64,000 nucleotides of DNA from Bdellovibrionales bacterium. Its GTDB lineage: Bacteria > Bdellovibrionota > Bdellovibrionia > Bdellovibrionales > UBA1609. Positions 49,914 through 58,318 of this stretch are shown here, in pieces. Numbering within the stretch: the first letter of the stretch is position 1; each line of letters starts with the position of its first letter. The notes beneath the pieces were generated by a model, which did not search any database, was not told where the DNA came from, and saw only the letters and a list, made by a program, of their open reading frames with translations. The stretch spans positions 136,209 to 200,208 of the forward strand of contig DAHVQG010000005.1 in the NCBI GenBank assembly GCA_027317865.1, given 5' to 3'. Both the position numbers and the translations under genes were made by a program.

Positions 49914-50600
49914 TTAGCTGCCGTGAGCTTGAGTTTTTTGGTGGTAGATGTACATGAAAGCACCTGCGCCGAAGCCCGTGCCGGCAACTCCCGCACTATA
50001 ACCATTGTATGGATAGTACCCAGGCCAAACAACGGGTACGGCACCTTGATAGTTAAAGGAGTTCCACGAACTGACTTGATCGCACTGGGTAATGCCAGTC
50101 ACGGGATCAACCGAGAAAAATCCGCAATTGTTCATCATGCCAGGTGAAAATTGGTACGGAAGGCCCGTGAAGTTGGTATATGCGGGCCCAACAATTGGGT
50201 TAATCCCTGGATTGTAAATTCCCGAACAGCTGTACGGTGTAGCGCCCATGTTGTACGGATAAGCGCCGGTATTGTACGGGTACGCGCCGTTATATGGATA
50301 TGCGCCACTATACGGATAAGCTCCACTGTAGGGGTAAGAGCTCGCGCCTGTTGCGCTACACAAAGTCGTTGAAACCGCCTGACCGCCGTGCCAAGTGTCG
50401 ATACAATTGCTTTGGCCCGGAATACCTTGCCACTGATATTCGCCGTTACCGCAGTTAGTGGCGTTCATATTGTAGCAAGCTCCATTGGGAGCGCAGTAGG
50501 TCTGATTATTGTTACTAGAACCATGATTACAGGCAGCTAGGAACGACAGACCAGCCATTATCGCAGCAAATTTCACGATTTTTAGCGTTACCCTTTTCAT
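49914..50600 (-). CDS. Tyr/Gly/Asn/Pro-rich lipoprotein with YPY(S/N)GA repeats
   Basis: Lipobox LAAC; AGAGGAGA RBS; six imperfect YPYxGA units. Confidence 0.75.
   Translation of the reverse strand: MKRVTLKIVKFAAIMAGLSFLAACNHGSSNNNQTYCAPNGACYNMNATNCGNGEYQWQGIPGQSNCIDTWHGGQAVSTTLCSATGASSYPYSGAYPYSGAYPYNGAYPYNTGAYPYNMGATPYSCSGIYNPGINPIVGPAYTNFTGLPYQFSPGMMNNCGFFSVDPVTGITQCDQVSSWNSFNYQGAVPVVWPGYYPYNGYSAGVAGTGFGAGAFMYIYHQKTQAHGS
50232..50336 (-). repeat. Coding repeat, about six units of 18-21 bp (YPYSGA, YPYSGA, YPYNGA, YPYNTGA, YPYNMGA, TPY)
   Basis: Read from the translation; units differ at synonymous positions. Confidence 0.85.
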
Positions 50601-50775
50601 ACGGATTTCTCCTCTAGCGAAAGACTATGAAAAAAATGGGCCAACATTAGCGAACGGTAAGCTATTGATTCGTCGCGCAAAAAGGCGGGGCACAGCGACA
50701 ATTTACGTACTTAGGGCCGAGATTTGTCACTTCCGAAGCATTGGTTTACCGTGTCTATTATAAGGAGGGAGTGGC

Positions 50776-51348
50776 ATGAAAAGCGCTCAATTCAATATTA
50801 CTGTTGGGCTTATTTTTCTGCTTTTGGCAGGCGGTTGGAGCGTGCGGTCTTACGCCATGGTTGAACATCGATTCGCGCGCACCTATATGTCTAAAAACTA
50901 TCTTACAAACGGCATATTTACCGGCGGTCAATCTTCGACAAGTAGTACGAGTTTTAGCATTTTGGGGATCCGTAGAATTTATGCCGCCCGGCAAAAAATT
51001 GAACGTGTGGTTGTTAAACTTGGAGACGACAAAGGGCACCCACTGATTGATAAAGTCAGCTACTTTCACGTCGCGATTAACGATCATCTCCCGAGAATCG
51101 AAATGGATCTTTCGCAAACGGTAGCTTCAAACGTCAATGAGCAAAAATTAAAAAAGATATTTTTGGGCTCTCCTTATGTAAAAAGCGCGCAGATCAATTT
51201 TGATCCGACGGATATGAGTATGACAATTCAGCTACGGCTAAAAAAGCCGGTTGAAGCCGAAGTCTTTGAACTGAAACGCAAAAATAGCGCGGGCAAAATC
51301 GTTCTCGATATGAAAGCGCTGTCCGGTAGAAGTGCTCGTGCAAGTTAG
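50776..51348 (+). CDS. Exported basic protein, AMIN-like domain
   Basis: Signal peptide ending SYA; ERVVVKL, PRIEMDL and KIVLDM resemble AMIN R.V.D strands; AAGGAGG RBS. Confidence 0.55.
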   Translation: MKSAQFNITVGLIFLLLAGGWSVRSYAMVEHRFARTYMSKNYLTNGIFTGGQSSTSSTSFSILGIRRIYAARQKIERVVVKLGDDKGHPLIDKVSYFHVAINDHLPRIEMDLSQTVASNVNEQKLKKIFLGSPYVKSAQINFDPTDMSMTIQLRLKKPVEAEVFELKRKNSAGKIVLDMKALSGRSARAS

Positions 51349-51354
51349 GGTTAG

Positions 51355-52140
51355 ATGAAACGACTGTTATTTATATTTTGGACGATATCGATATGCGCTC
51401 CCGCATACGCTTATGTTTTTAACTATCAGAATTCGGGAGTGGCGCCGTTCTTTGGCGCGACAGCCGCCGATACACTTCAATCTTCGCAGGCCTTTTCGCG
51501 AACAAGCGGTTCGGTTACTGATTTTTCTAGTGGAGTTCAATTTGGCTTCAGCGGCCAATTGGGAATTCAATTTAATATAAACCGCGATTTTAGTTTTCGT
51601 ATCGGAGCCGAAGCTTATCAGGGTAAATCGATAAATGCGGTCGGCACGCGCGCCTCTGATGGTGCCAATTTAATGACCGTTAGCAGTTTGGCCACAGTTT
51701 TAAATCCCAATGCCGGAATTCAATATAATATGTTGAGTTCGCGTAGTGGGCGAATTTATCTGTTGCTCGATGGCGGCTACGCAATGGCAACGGTGGCAAA
51801 CAACGATTCGCTTACTAGTACGGGCGTAACCCAGTACAGCACAAGTAGCAGTAGCATCGATGAAAAATGGAGCGGTGATACAACTTCTTATGTTGCTGGC
51901 GTAGGGGCCGAATATCACGCGTTTTCAAATACGACCATCGCACTTGAAGTCGGCTATCGCCAAATGCAATTTGATAAATTCACGTACGCCAATTCGGGTT
52001 ATGCGATTCGCGGGTCGAGTGAGACTTCTGTTTCAAGCGGCCAGATCGTGACTGATAACGGCGGTGCGCCGGTAAGTCTCAATATGAGCGGCGTTTTCGC
52101 CGGGGTTGTTTTTCGCTTTTATATTCCGCCCGAATATTAG
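51355..52140 (+). CDS. Outer-membrane beta-barrel protein
   Basis: Signal peptide ending AYA; strands GVGAEY, LEVGYR and GVVFRFY. Confidence 0.7.
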   Translation: MKRLLFIFWTISICAPAYAYVFNYQNSGVAPFFGATAADTLQSSQAFSRTSGSVTDFSSGVQFGFSGQLGIQFNINRDFSFRIGAEAYQGKSINAVGTRASDGANLMTVSSLATVLNPNAGIQYNMLSSRSGRIYLLLDGGYAMATVANNDSLTSTGVTQYSTSSSSIDEKWSGDTTSYVAGVGAEYHAFSNTTIALEVGYRQMQFDKFTYANSGYAIRGSSETSVSSGQIVTDNGGAPVSLNMSGVFAGVVFRFYIPPEY

Positions 52141-52165
52141 TCCGTGCGGCAATTCAATCAGCGCT

Positions 52166-52217
52166 AAAAAGAGAAGCCCCTCATCCTTCGCAGCGGGAGC
52201 TGCCGGAATTGAGGGGC
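52166..52217 (-). terminator. Intrinsic terminator on the minus strand
   Basis: GCCCCTCA...TGAGGGGC stem enclosing TCC/GGA and GCAGC/GCTGC, followed on the minus strand by TTCTCTTTTT. Confidence 0.65.
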
Positions 52218-52400
52218 AAATTGGAAGGGGGTAAGGGTTAACGGATGCCTTTTTTGGGTTTCGCGTTGCTATTGGGTCCTTTCTCGCTGGGCGGGCGACA
52301 CGCGACATTGCGTATTTCCCGCTTAGCAATTTCGCAACACAATAACCTTACCGCGTCTTCATGATCCTGATTTGAATGCCGTATGGAGTCTTCTTAACAC
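52166..52400 (-). ncRNA. Candidate structured small RNA
   Basis: Lies in a 300-bp intergenic region with nested helices and an orphan minus-strand terminator; I recognise no known family. Confidence 0.45.
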
Positions 52401-52442
52401 GATGCTTTGACTGCCAAACACAAATAATATTATGAAGTTAAT

Positions 52443-54899
52443 GTGCAGCGGCGATTTAATTTAATATTTTGGCTTGGCATGATGGCATTCGTGCTGGTTT
52501 CGAGTCTATCGGCGTGGAGGCTTGTTCAACTTCACAATGAAATTCGTCTGCGCGATCAAACTTCAGCCGTCGAGCAAAAACTAACCGACCTTTACACAAC
52601 CCTGCTAAATGCCGATGTAACATTTTTAGTTTTGCGCGACACCGGCGCTGTTGCAGAGGCGAGAAAACTTTTGCGTCTCATTGCCCAGGCGCGCACGAGC
52701 GTGACTCAATTGACGAATATGGTGCCGCCCGGAAGTCCGATTCGTTCTGAAGTCTTGCGGCTTGATAAAATGGTGAGTGAAAAACTCTCGCTCAGCGAAA
52801 GAGTCACATTAAATATTAATTTCAATTCTGGTGAACCATTTCAACGAGTTCTGGTTATAAAAAATGATTTGTTACTCACCGAAAAGGTGAATGAAACGAT
52901 ACAGTCGATCGAGGCCTATTTAATCACCAATTTAGACCGGCACCGTGCTCACGTTGACCGCTATTTTGACGTCAACTTACTCAGTATCGGGGCGACGGCG
53001 ACGGTTGCGTTTGCGTTAATGCTGACGTTTGCGGGACTGGTTTGGAGTGAAATTCGCAGACGACGTTTACTCGAGGCGGATCTGCGCCAGGCTCAGCAGG
53101 CGGCAATTCATGCTTCTGAACTCAAGTCACAGTTTCTTGCTACTGTCAGTCACGAAGTGCGCACACCGCTCAACGGGATTATAGGGATGAGCGAATTACT
53201 ACAACAAAGACTCAAGGGCGAAGCGGGCCAATTTGCGTCTGTTATTCAAGCGTCGGGCAGAACGCTTTTACGAATCGTCAATGACCTGCTTGATTTTTCA
53301 AAAATCGAAGCCAATAAGCTCAACGTTGAAATTCAAGAAGTACGATTGAACCAGATTCTTGAAACGGCGGTAGATTTATTTAATCCACGAGCGGCACAAA
53401 AGAGACTGCGCATTTATTGTTCGTACCCGATCGAGTTTAACGATTTATATGCCTCCGACGGAGTGCGAATATCCCAAATCATACAAAATCTTCTCAGTAA
53501 TGCGGTCAAATTTACCCAAAAAGGCTTTGTTGAGCTTAAGGGTCAGATCGTAGCGACACAAGAGGAACTGTTGACGTTGCGATTTGAGGTTGCCGATACC
53601 GGGCCAGGAATTGATTCGGTTCAGTCGGCGTCCATATTTGAGCCATTTTTTCAAATTAAACCTGATTTTCAAAATGAAGGCACCGGGCTCGGCCTTGCCA
53701 TAACTAAACGCCTAGTTGATTTGTTGGGTGGTCGAATCGGTCTTCAAAGCCGCCCTGAAGTAGGGTCTTTGTTCTGGTTTGAACTGCCGCTTCGTCGTTT
53801 GAAACGTGAATTTTCAATAGCGACGCTCGCGTTGAAGGAAAAACGAATTTCAAGTTATCAGTTACTGCCAGAAGACGTGGCTTTTCTACGTCGGATGGCA
53901 GGATATTTAGGCGGCGAATACGTTGAATCGCTCCAACAATTGAAACCAGACGACTTTGTTTTCACGTACAAGGAACATTTAAAAAATCTCGACGTTAAAG
54001 CAGAAATTTGGTTGATCGGATTTGAAACCGATCTAGCGTCTTCCGACAGGCGGCATATCGGTTACGCGCTCAGTCCGGGGCGGTTTATCAAAGCCTTAGT
54101 TCGTCGTTCGGCCACGGAGCCTGTTGTGCAGCCGGTAACGGCATCGCCTGTTGATTCAATAGCCGGATCGATTTTACTTGTTGAAGACAATCCGACAAAC
54201 CAACTTTTGGCAAAAACCCAACTTGAACAACTCGGCTATCGAGTCGAGGTCGCCAGTAACGGCGCTGAATGTCTTGAGTCCCTTCGCAAAAATTCTTACC
54301 GGCTCATTTTGATGGACTGCCGAATGCCGGTCATGGACGGATTTGAGGTTACGCGGCGAATCCGTGAGAGGGAGCAAGCGGAGCGGCTGGCGCGTATGCC
54401 GATTATCGCAATGACCGCTCACGCGCTTGAAGATGACCGGCAACGGTGCTTGGCTGCCGGGATGGACGATCACATAGCCAAACCAACCGATGTCCATCGA
54501 CTTCACAGACTCATCCAAAAATGGGCTCCGGATTACTCGGTTGTCATCGATTCCGCCGTTGTGAGCGATCTCGAAGCCAAGACGTCAAAACAAGTTGTGA
54601 ATCGGCTTTTTCGCTCATTTTACGATACCCTTTCGCAAGGATGCACACAGTTCGAGACGCTTTCGAGCAGGCGCGACTGGGCGGCGCTCGGGTCGCTTTG
54701 CCATCAACTGCGTTCAGCGGCTGCAGCGGTTGGGGCTTTGGTCCTCAGCCGCTCTCTTGAGCGGGTCGAAAATATTGTAGAACAAAAAATGGAGCCTGAA
54801 ACGCGAGACATTGAAGAGCTCGTGCGCCTGTCTAAATCAGTTCTTGAAGAATTAAACCGCCGCTTGTCTGAAAATTCTGCTGTGGACATTGTAAATTGA
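52443..54899 (+). CDS. Hybrid sensor histidine kinase (CHASE3-like sensor, HisKA, HATPase, REC, HPt)
   Basis: Two TMs; SHEVRTPLNG; NLLSNAVKFT; DTGPG; GTGLGL; LMDCRMP; CHQLRSAA HPt. Confidence 0.93.
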   Translation: MQRRFNLIFWLGMMAFVLVSSLSAWRLVQLHNEIRLRDQTSAVEQKLTDLYTTLLNADVTFLVLRDTGAVAEARKLLRLIAQARTSVTQLTNMVPPGSPIRSEVLRLDKMVSEKLSLSERVTLNINFNSGEPFQRVLVIKNDLLLTEKVNETIQSIEAYLITNLDRHRAHVDRYFDVNLLSIGATATVAFALMLTFAGLVWSEIRRRRLLEADLRQAQQAAIHASELKSQFLATVSHEVRTPLNGIIGMSELLQQRLKGEAGQFASVIQASGRTLLRIVNDLLDFSKIEANKLNVEIQEVRLNQILETAVDLFNPRAAQKRLRIYCSYPIEFNDLYASDGVRISQIIQNLLSNAVKFTQKGFVELKGQIVATQEELLTLRFEVADTGPGIDSVQSASIFEPFFQIKPDFQNEGTGLGLAITKRLVDLLGGRIGLQSRPEVGSLFWFELPLRRLKREFSIATLALKEKRISSYQLLPEDVAFLRRMAGYLGGEYVESLQQLKPDDFVFTYKEHLKNLDVKAEIWLIGFETDLASSDRRHIGYALSPGRFIKALVRRSATEPVVQPVTASPVDSIAGSILLVEDNPTNQLLAKTQLEQLGYRVEVASNGAECLESLRKNSYRLILMDCRMPVMDGFEVTRRIREREQAERLARMPIIAMTAHALEDDRQRCLAAGMDDHIAKPTDVHRLHRLIQKWAPDYSVVIDSAVVSDLEAKTSKQVVNRLFRSFYDTLSQGCTQFETLSSRRDWAALGSLCHQLRSAAAAVGALVLSRSLERVENIVEQKMEPETRDIEELVRLSKSVLEELNRRLSENSAVDIVN

Positions 54900-55020
54900 A
54901 AGAATTTTCTACATTATAGCCGACATTTTTTTCAAAACCAGGCGCTATCCTACCGTGCCGATTTTAAAACAATTACATTCACGGCCACAGTAGAACAGTC
55001 TGCGTTCCGGGGGGGGGACT

Positions 55021-58000
55021 ATGATCGGTTCAGTTTATAAAAGGTCTTGCTTTAAATTTTTAGTAGTCACTTTATTACTTGGAGTTTTGACTCCATTATT
55101 GGCATATGCGGCGCCACCAAGGCGGATACTAAAAGCGGGACATAAAGCCAACTATATAAAAAAGCAGATTGCGGATATTCGGTTCGGAACGGCAAAAAAA
55201 GAAGCGTTTCAGAAACAGGTTCACGCTGTTGCCAAAACGTTAAACGGCCAAATTCTCGGGCAAGAAAAAACCGTCGCTGTTTTGCAAGACCGATTATTGC
55301 AATATATCGAGTCATTTCCGAACCGAACCGGCGAACCTGTTGCACTTAACTTAATCGGTCTACCTGGAGTTGGCAAAACGGGGATGCTGAAATCGCTTGA
55401 GTCAATCGGTCTACCTCTTGTGATCTTTAATGCCCAAGATTACGCGTCTAATGAAGGTAACCGAAGTTTTGCTAACGATTTATTTCTGTCCCTTATTAAT
55501 CACGGAGCACTTCGAGTAGTGAATGGGAATTGGGTTGTTAACGAGCCGCTTGTTGTTGTCATTGATGAGTTGGATAAAGTGCCGGAAATCGACACGAGCA
55601 AAAACGAAAAAACGCAGACTTTGATCGGCACCATCAACTCAATTCTTTCAGAAGGAGCCTTCAGTGCTAGCGGGATAAACGTAAATGTGTCGAATTTGAT
55701 GCTGATTACGACGATGAATTTTTCGCCAAATGATATCGAGTTATTCACCTCAAAAGTATTGGGCGAAAATAAGAATTTTTACGATTTATCGATCGATGAT
55801 TTTTTGAAGTTCGACCAATGGATTCGGACCCAACCGAGCGCGCGCTATCGCGTTCTATCTAAGATGTTTCGCTCAAATACGGTTAGCCGGTTGGCGCCGA
55901 ACACGGTTATTGTGCAGCCGTTGAGCCGAGCGGTTTACGAACGCATAATTAAATTGGTAGTCGACTCCACGGCACAATCGGCAGAAAAAAAATCCGTACG
56001 CGTGAATTTTGATTCGTCCTTCGTTGATTTTCTGAATACTCATGCGATTTACGCGCCATCAGGGGCGAGAGAAACTATATTTAGAGTTAGGGCTCTTGCG
56101 GAGCAACTCATTAACTTTGGTACCAAAGCCAAGGACCCTCACGGAGACGCAACAGTCGACCGGCCGAGAGATTTAAATATTTCAATAGTTAATAACGTTG
56201 CCCATATTCAGGTAACTCCATTAGTGAACAGGGATGGATTATTAAAGAAACGGGATTCATTTACTATCGAGGCGGCCTACGACCCGGGTGCAAAGCTGTT
56301 TTTAGCGCCCAAAAATTTGGCAATGCAAAAGCCGCGATATCCAAACAAAACGCGGCAACCGAGAGTTACGAAGAAGGATGTGTTAGCCGCGCGATATCCT
56401 CCGACCGCAAATATCAGTAGTGACATATATGACAAGATTAATTCCGTTCTGCTGGGGCAAAAGGATGCTGTCGGACTTGTACTTGATGACATGAAAAAAT
56501 ATTTGAGTCGGCCGGGGCCGGCGACACTTGAGCCATCGGCGCGCATTTTGAGCGGGTTTCCGGGCATTGGTAAAACAGAACTCGTGAAGAATGTAGCCGA
56601 ACAGCTTCAACTGCCGGTTGTTAAGGTTAATCTACAGCAGTTTGCCTCTGATTCGCCCGATACAGTTAAAGATTTTGTGGCGTATTTGAACGAAAACATC
56701 ACGGCGGCACGAATGCAATCCGTTAAATCGGGTCATGCCGGCAAATATATTTTATTGTTAGAAGAACTCGATAAAGTTTTTGAAGTCGACCCGCAGACCG
56801 GTAAGTTTGTTAATCGACCCATTATGGGCGTGATTAAAGATCTTCTGGGCGACGGTCAAATTACGACATCGTCCCGTATTGGCGCGGGCGCGCGTATCGA
56901 CATTCGCGACGCGTTTATTATGGTTACAATGAATTTTTCGGTCGATCGGTTTGGTTTTAAGGCCGACCCGCGATTGACGTCAATTCGCGATGTCATGAGG
57001 GCGTGGCGCAAACTAAGTTTTTCACCAATGGCGCTCAAAGAACTTTTGGGAACAATGTTTTTGCCCGAAACCGTGAGCCGGATGATGTCGCGTTTTACCG
57101 TAATGAAACCTCTTGATCAAAACGACTTTCGCGAACTCATTCGCCGGCAAGTCGAACGTGTGGTTCGATCTCGGTTGCTCGATTCAAACGGCAGAAATGT
57201 CGCTAAAATTGATGTCGAATTAGCGCCGAACTACGAAAAATATCTTGAACAAGAGACGGTTATCCCTTCAGAGGGGGGCCGCTATACTGTCGTTTCGGTG
57301 CAAAATAAAATTGCTTCAGATTTAGAAGCCGCATTACAAAATCTGCCGCGGCGGAAAGAAATCGAGGCGGAGCCGCTAAAGATCATTCTCGATTATGATT
57401 TCGCCACTTCTGAGGTCGCCGTAAAAATGGTTCCGCTTGAAAAAGGCGGGGAGAAACCAGTTGAAGACGTTTTGCGCCGAAGGGTCGCTCTACAATTTCC
57501 ATCGTCGGAGCTAAAAGGAAAAATTCCAGCCCAACGCTTGTGGATCGCCGCTCACGAATTTGGCCATGCCTATATGGGGCTGCGGTTGGGTCTTGCGATT
57601 GAAAATGTGGTCGTTGTTCCACCAACACCTGGAGTTGGGGGTTACGTCAAATTTGCCGCCGGTTCCGGTGCTGAGGGCAATTCGGCACGCAATATGATTT
57701 TTTCAGTCTATTCGGCGCTTGCTTCACGAGCATTCGAACGCATCGTCATGAGCACGAATCCGAGTAACGACACAAGCGTTCTTGATGTGACAAGTGGGCC
57801 GTCCAGCGATATCCGTCAGGCGACCTATCAACTTTACACCGCAATTTACGAACTTGGGTTTGACCCTCAGGGCGGCACTATCGACACCAATTTTAATTTA
57901 GGCGTTGGACGTTATGCGAGTATCGACAACATGCCCGGTAAATTGGTTGAGAATTTGGGTCAGTTAATGCGGGCCATGGAGAACTATATGGTTTCTGATT

Positions 58001-58308
58001 TTCTAAATCTGCATCCAAAAGAGTGGTATGTTGAAAAAATATTGGCGCTCGCGCGAAAAGGGGAAATGAACGGCGAAGAGTTTACCCGGTTAGTGGGTTT
58101 TGAGCCGATTAACGGTAATACCGGTCATTTGACGGATCATATTCGGCGTTTTTTTGGCGAATCGGCGGTGGAGTCGGCGGATAGTCCGACGCAACAAAGA
58201 GTTCTCGAAGCGCAAAACGCGTACATTTCCGAGTTTATTAAATTACTTCGCGAAAAATTGCATTCTAAGACGGAATCAGACTGTGCAAATATTTTGCAGG
58301 GTGCGTAA
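55021..58308 (+). CDS. Signal-peptide-bearing tandem AAA+ ATPase fused to an FtsH/M41-type zinc protease domain
   Basis: Signal ending AYA-A; Walker A GLPGVGKT and GFPGIGKT; Walker B IDELDK and LEELDK; HEFGH...ASRAFE...SGPSSDI. Confidence 0.85.
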   Translation: MIGSVYKRSCFKFLVVTLLLGVLTPLLAYAAPPRRILKAGHKANYIKKQIADIRFGTAKKEAFQKQVHAVAKTLNGQILGQEKTVAVLQDRLLQYIESFPNRTGEPVALNLIGLPGVGKTGMLKSLESIGLPLVIFNAQDYASNEGNRSFANDLFLSLINHGALRVVNGNWVVNEPLVVVIDELDKVPEIDTSKNEKTQTLIGTINSILSEGAFSASGINVNVSNLMLITTMNFSPNDIELFTSKVLGENKNFYDLSIDDFLKFDQWIRTQPSARYRVLSKMFRSNTVSRLAPNTVIVQPLSRAVYERIIKLVVDSTAQSAEKKSVRVNFDSSFVDFLNTHAIYAPSGARETIFRVRALAEQLINFGTKAKDPHGDATVDRPRDLNISIVNNVAHIQVTPLVNRDGLLKKRDSFTIEAAYDPGAKLFLAPKNLAMQKPRYPNKTRQPRVTKKDVLAARYPPTANISSDIYDKINSVLLGQKDAVGLVLDDMKKYLSRPGPATLEPSARILSGFPGIGKTELVKNVAEQLQLPVVKVNLQQFASDSPDTVKDFVAYLNENITAARMQSVKSGHAGKYILLLEELDKVFEVDPQTGKFVNRPIMGVIKDLLGDGQITTSSRIGAGARIDIRDAFIMVTMNFSVDRFGFKADPRLTSIRDVMRAWRKLSFSPMALKELLGTMFLPETVSRMMSRFTVMKPLDQNDFRELIRRQVERVVRSRLLDSNGRNVAKIDVELAPNYEKYLEQETVIPSEGGRYTVVSVQNKIASDLEAALQNLPRRKEIEAEPLKIILDYDFATSEVAVKMVPLEKGGEKPVEDVLRRRVALQFPSSELKGKIPAQRLWIAAHEFGHAYMGLRLGLAIENVVVVPPTPGVGGYVKFAAGSGAEGNSARNMIFSVYSALASRAFERIVMSTNPSNDTSVLDVTSGPSSDIRQATYQLYTAIYELGFDPQGGTIDTNFNLGVGRYASIDNMPGKLVENLGQLMRAMENYMVSDFLNLHPKEWYVEKILALARKGEMNGEEFTRLVGFEPINGNTGHLTDHIRRFFGESAVESADSPTQQRVLEAQNAYISEFIKLLREKLHSKTESDCANILQGA

Positions 58309-58318
58309 TCAGTTTCGC

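Noticed and set aside
52033-52329. 98-aa minus-strand ORF over the candidate sRNA
   Set aside because: It has a TTG start without an RBS, runs through the terminator hairpin and overlaps the barrel gene in antisense.
54896-54965. Sigma-28 (FliA)-like GCCGA boxes upstream of the AAA+/M41 gene
   Set aside because: There is no TAAA-like -35 element at the expected 15-nt spacing for either GCCGA.
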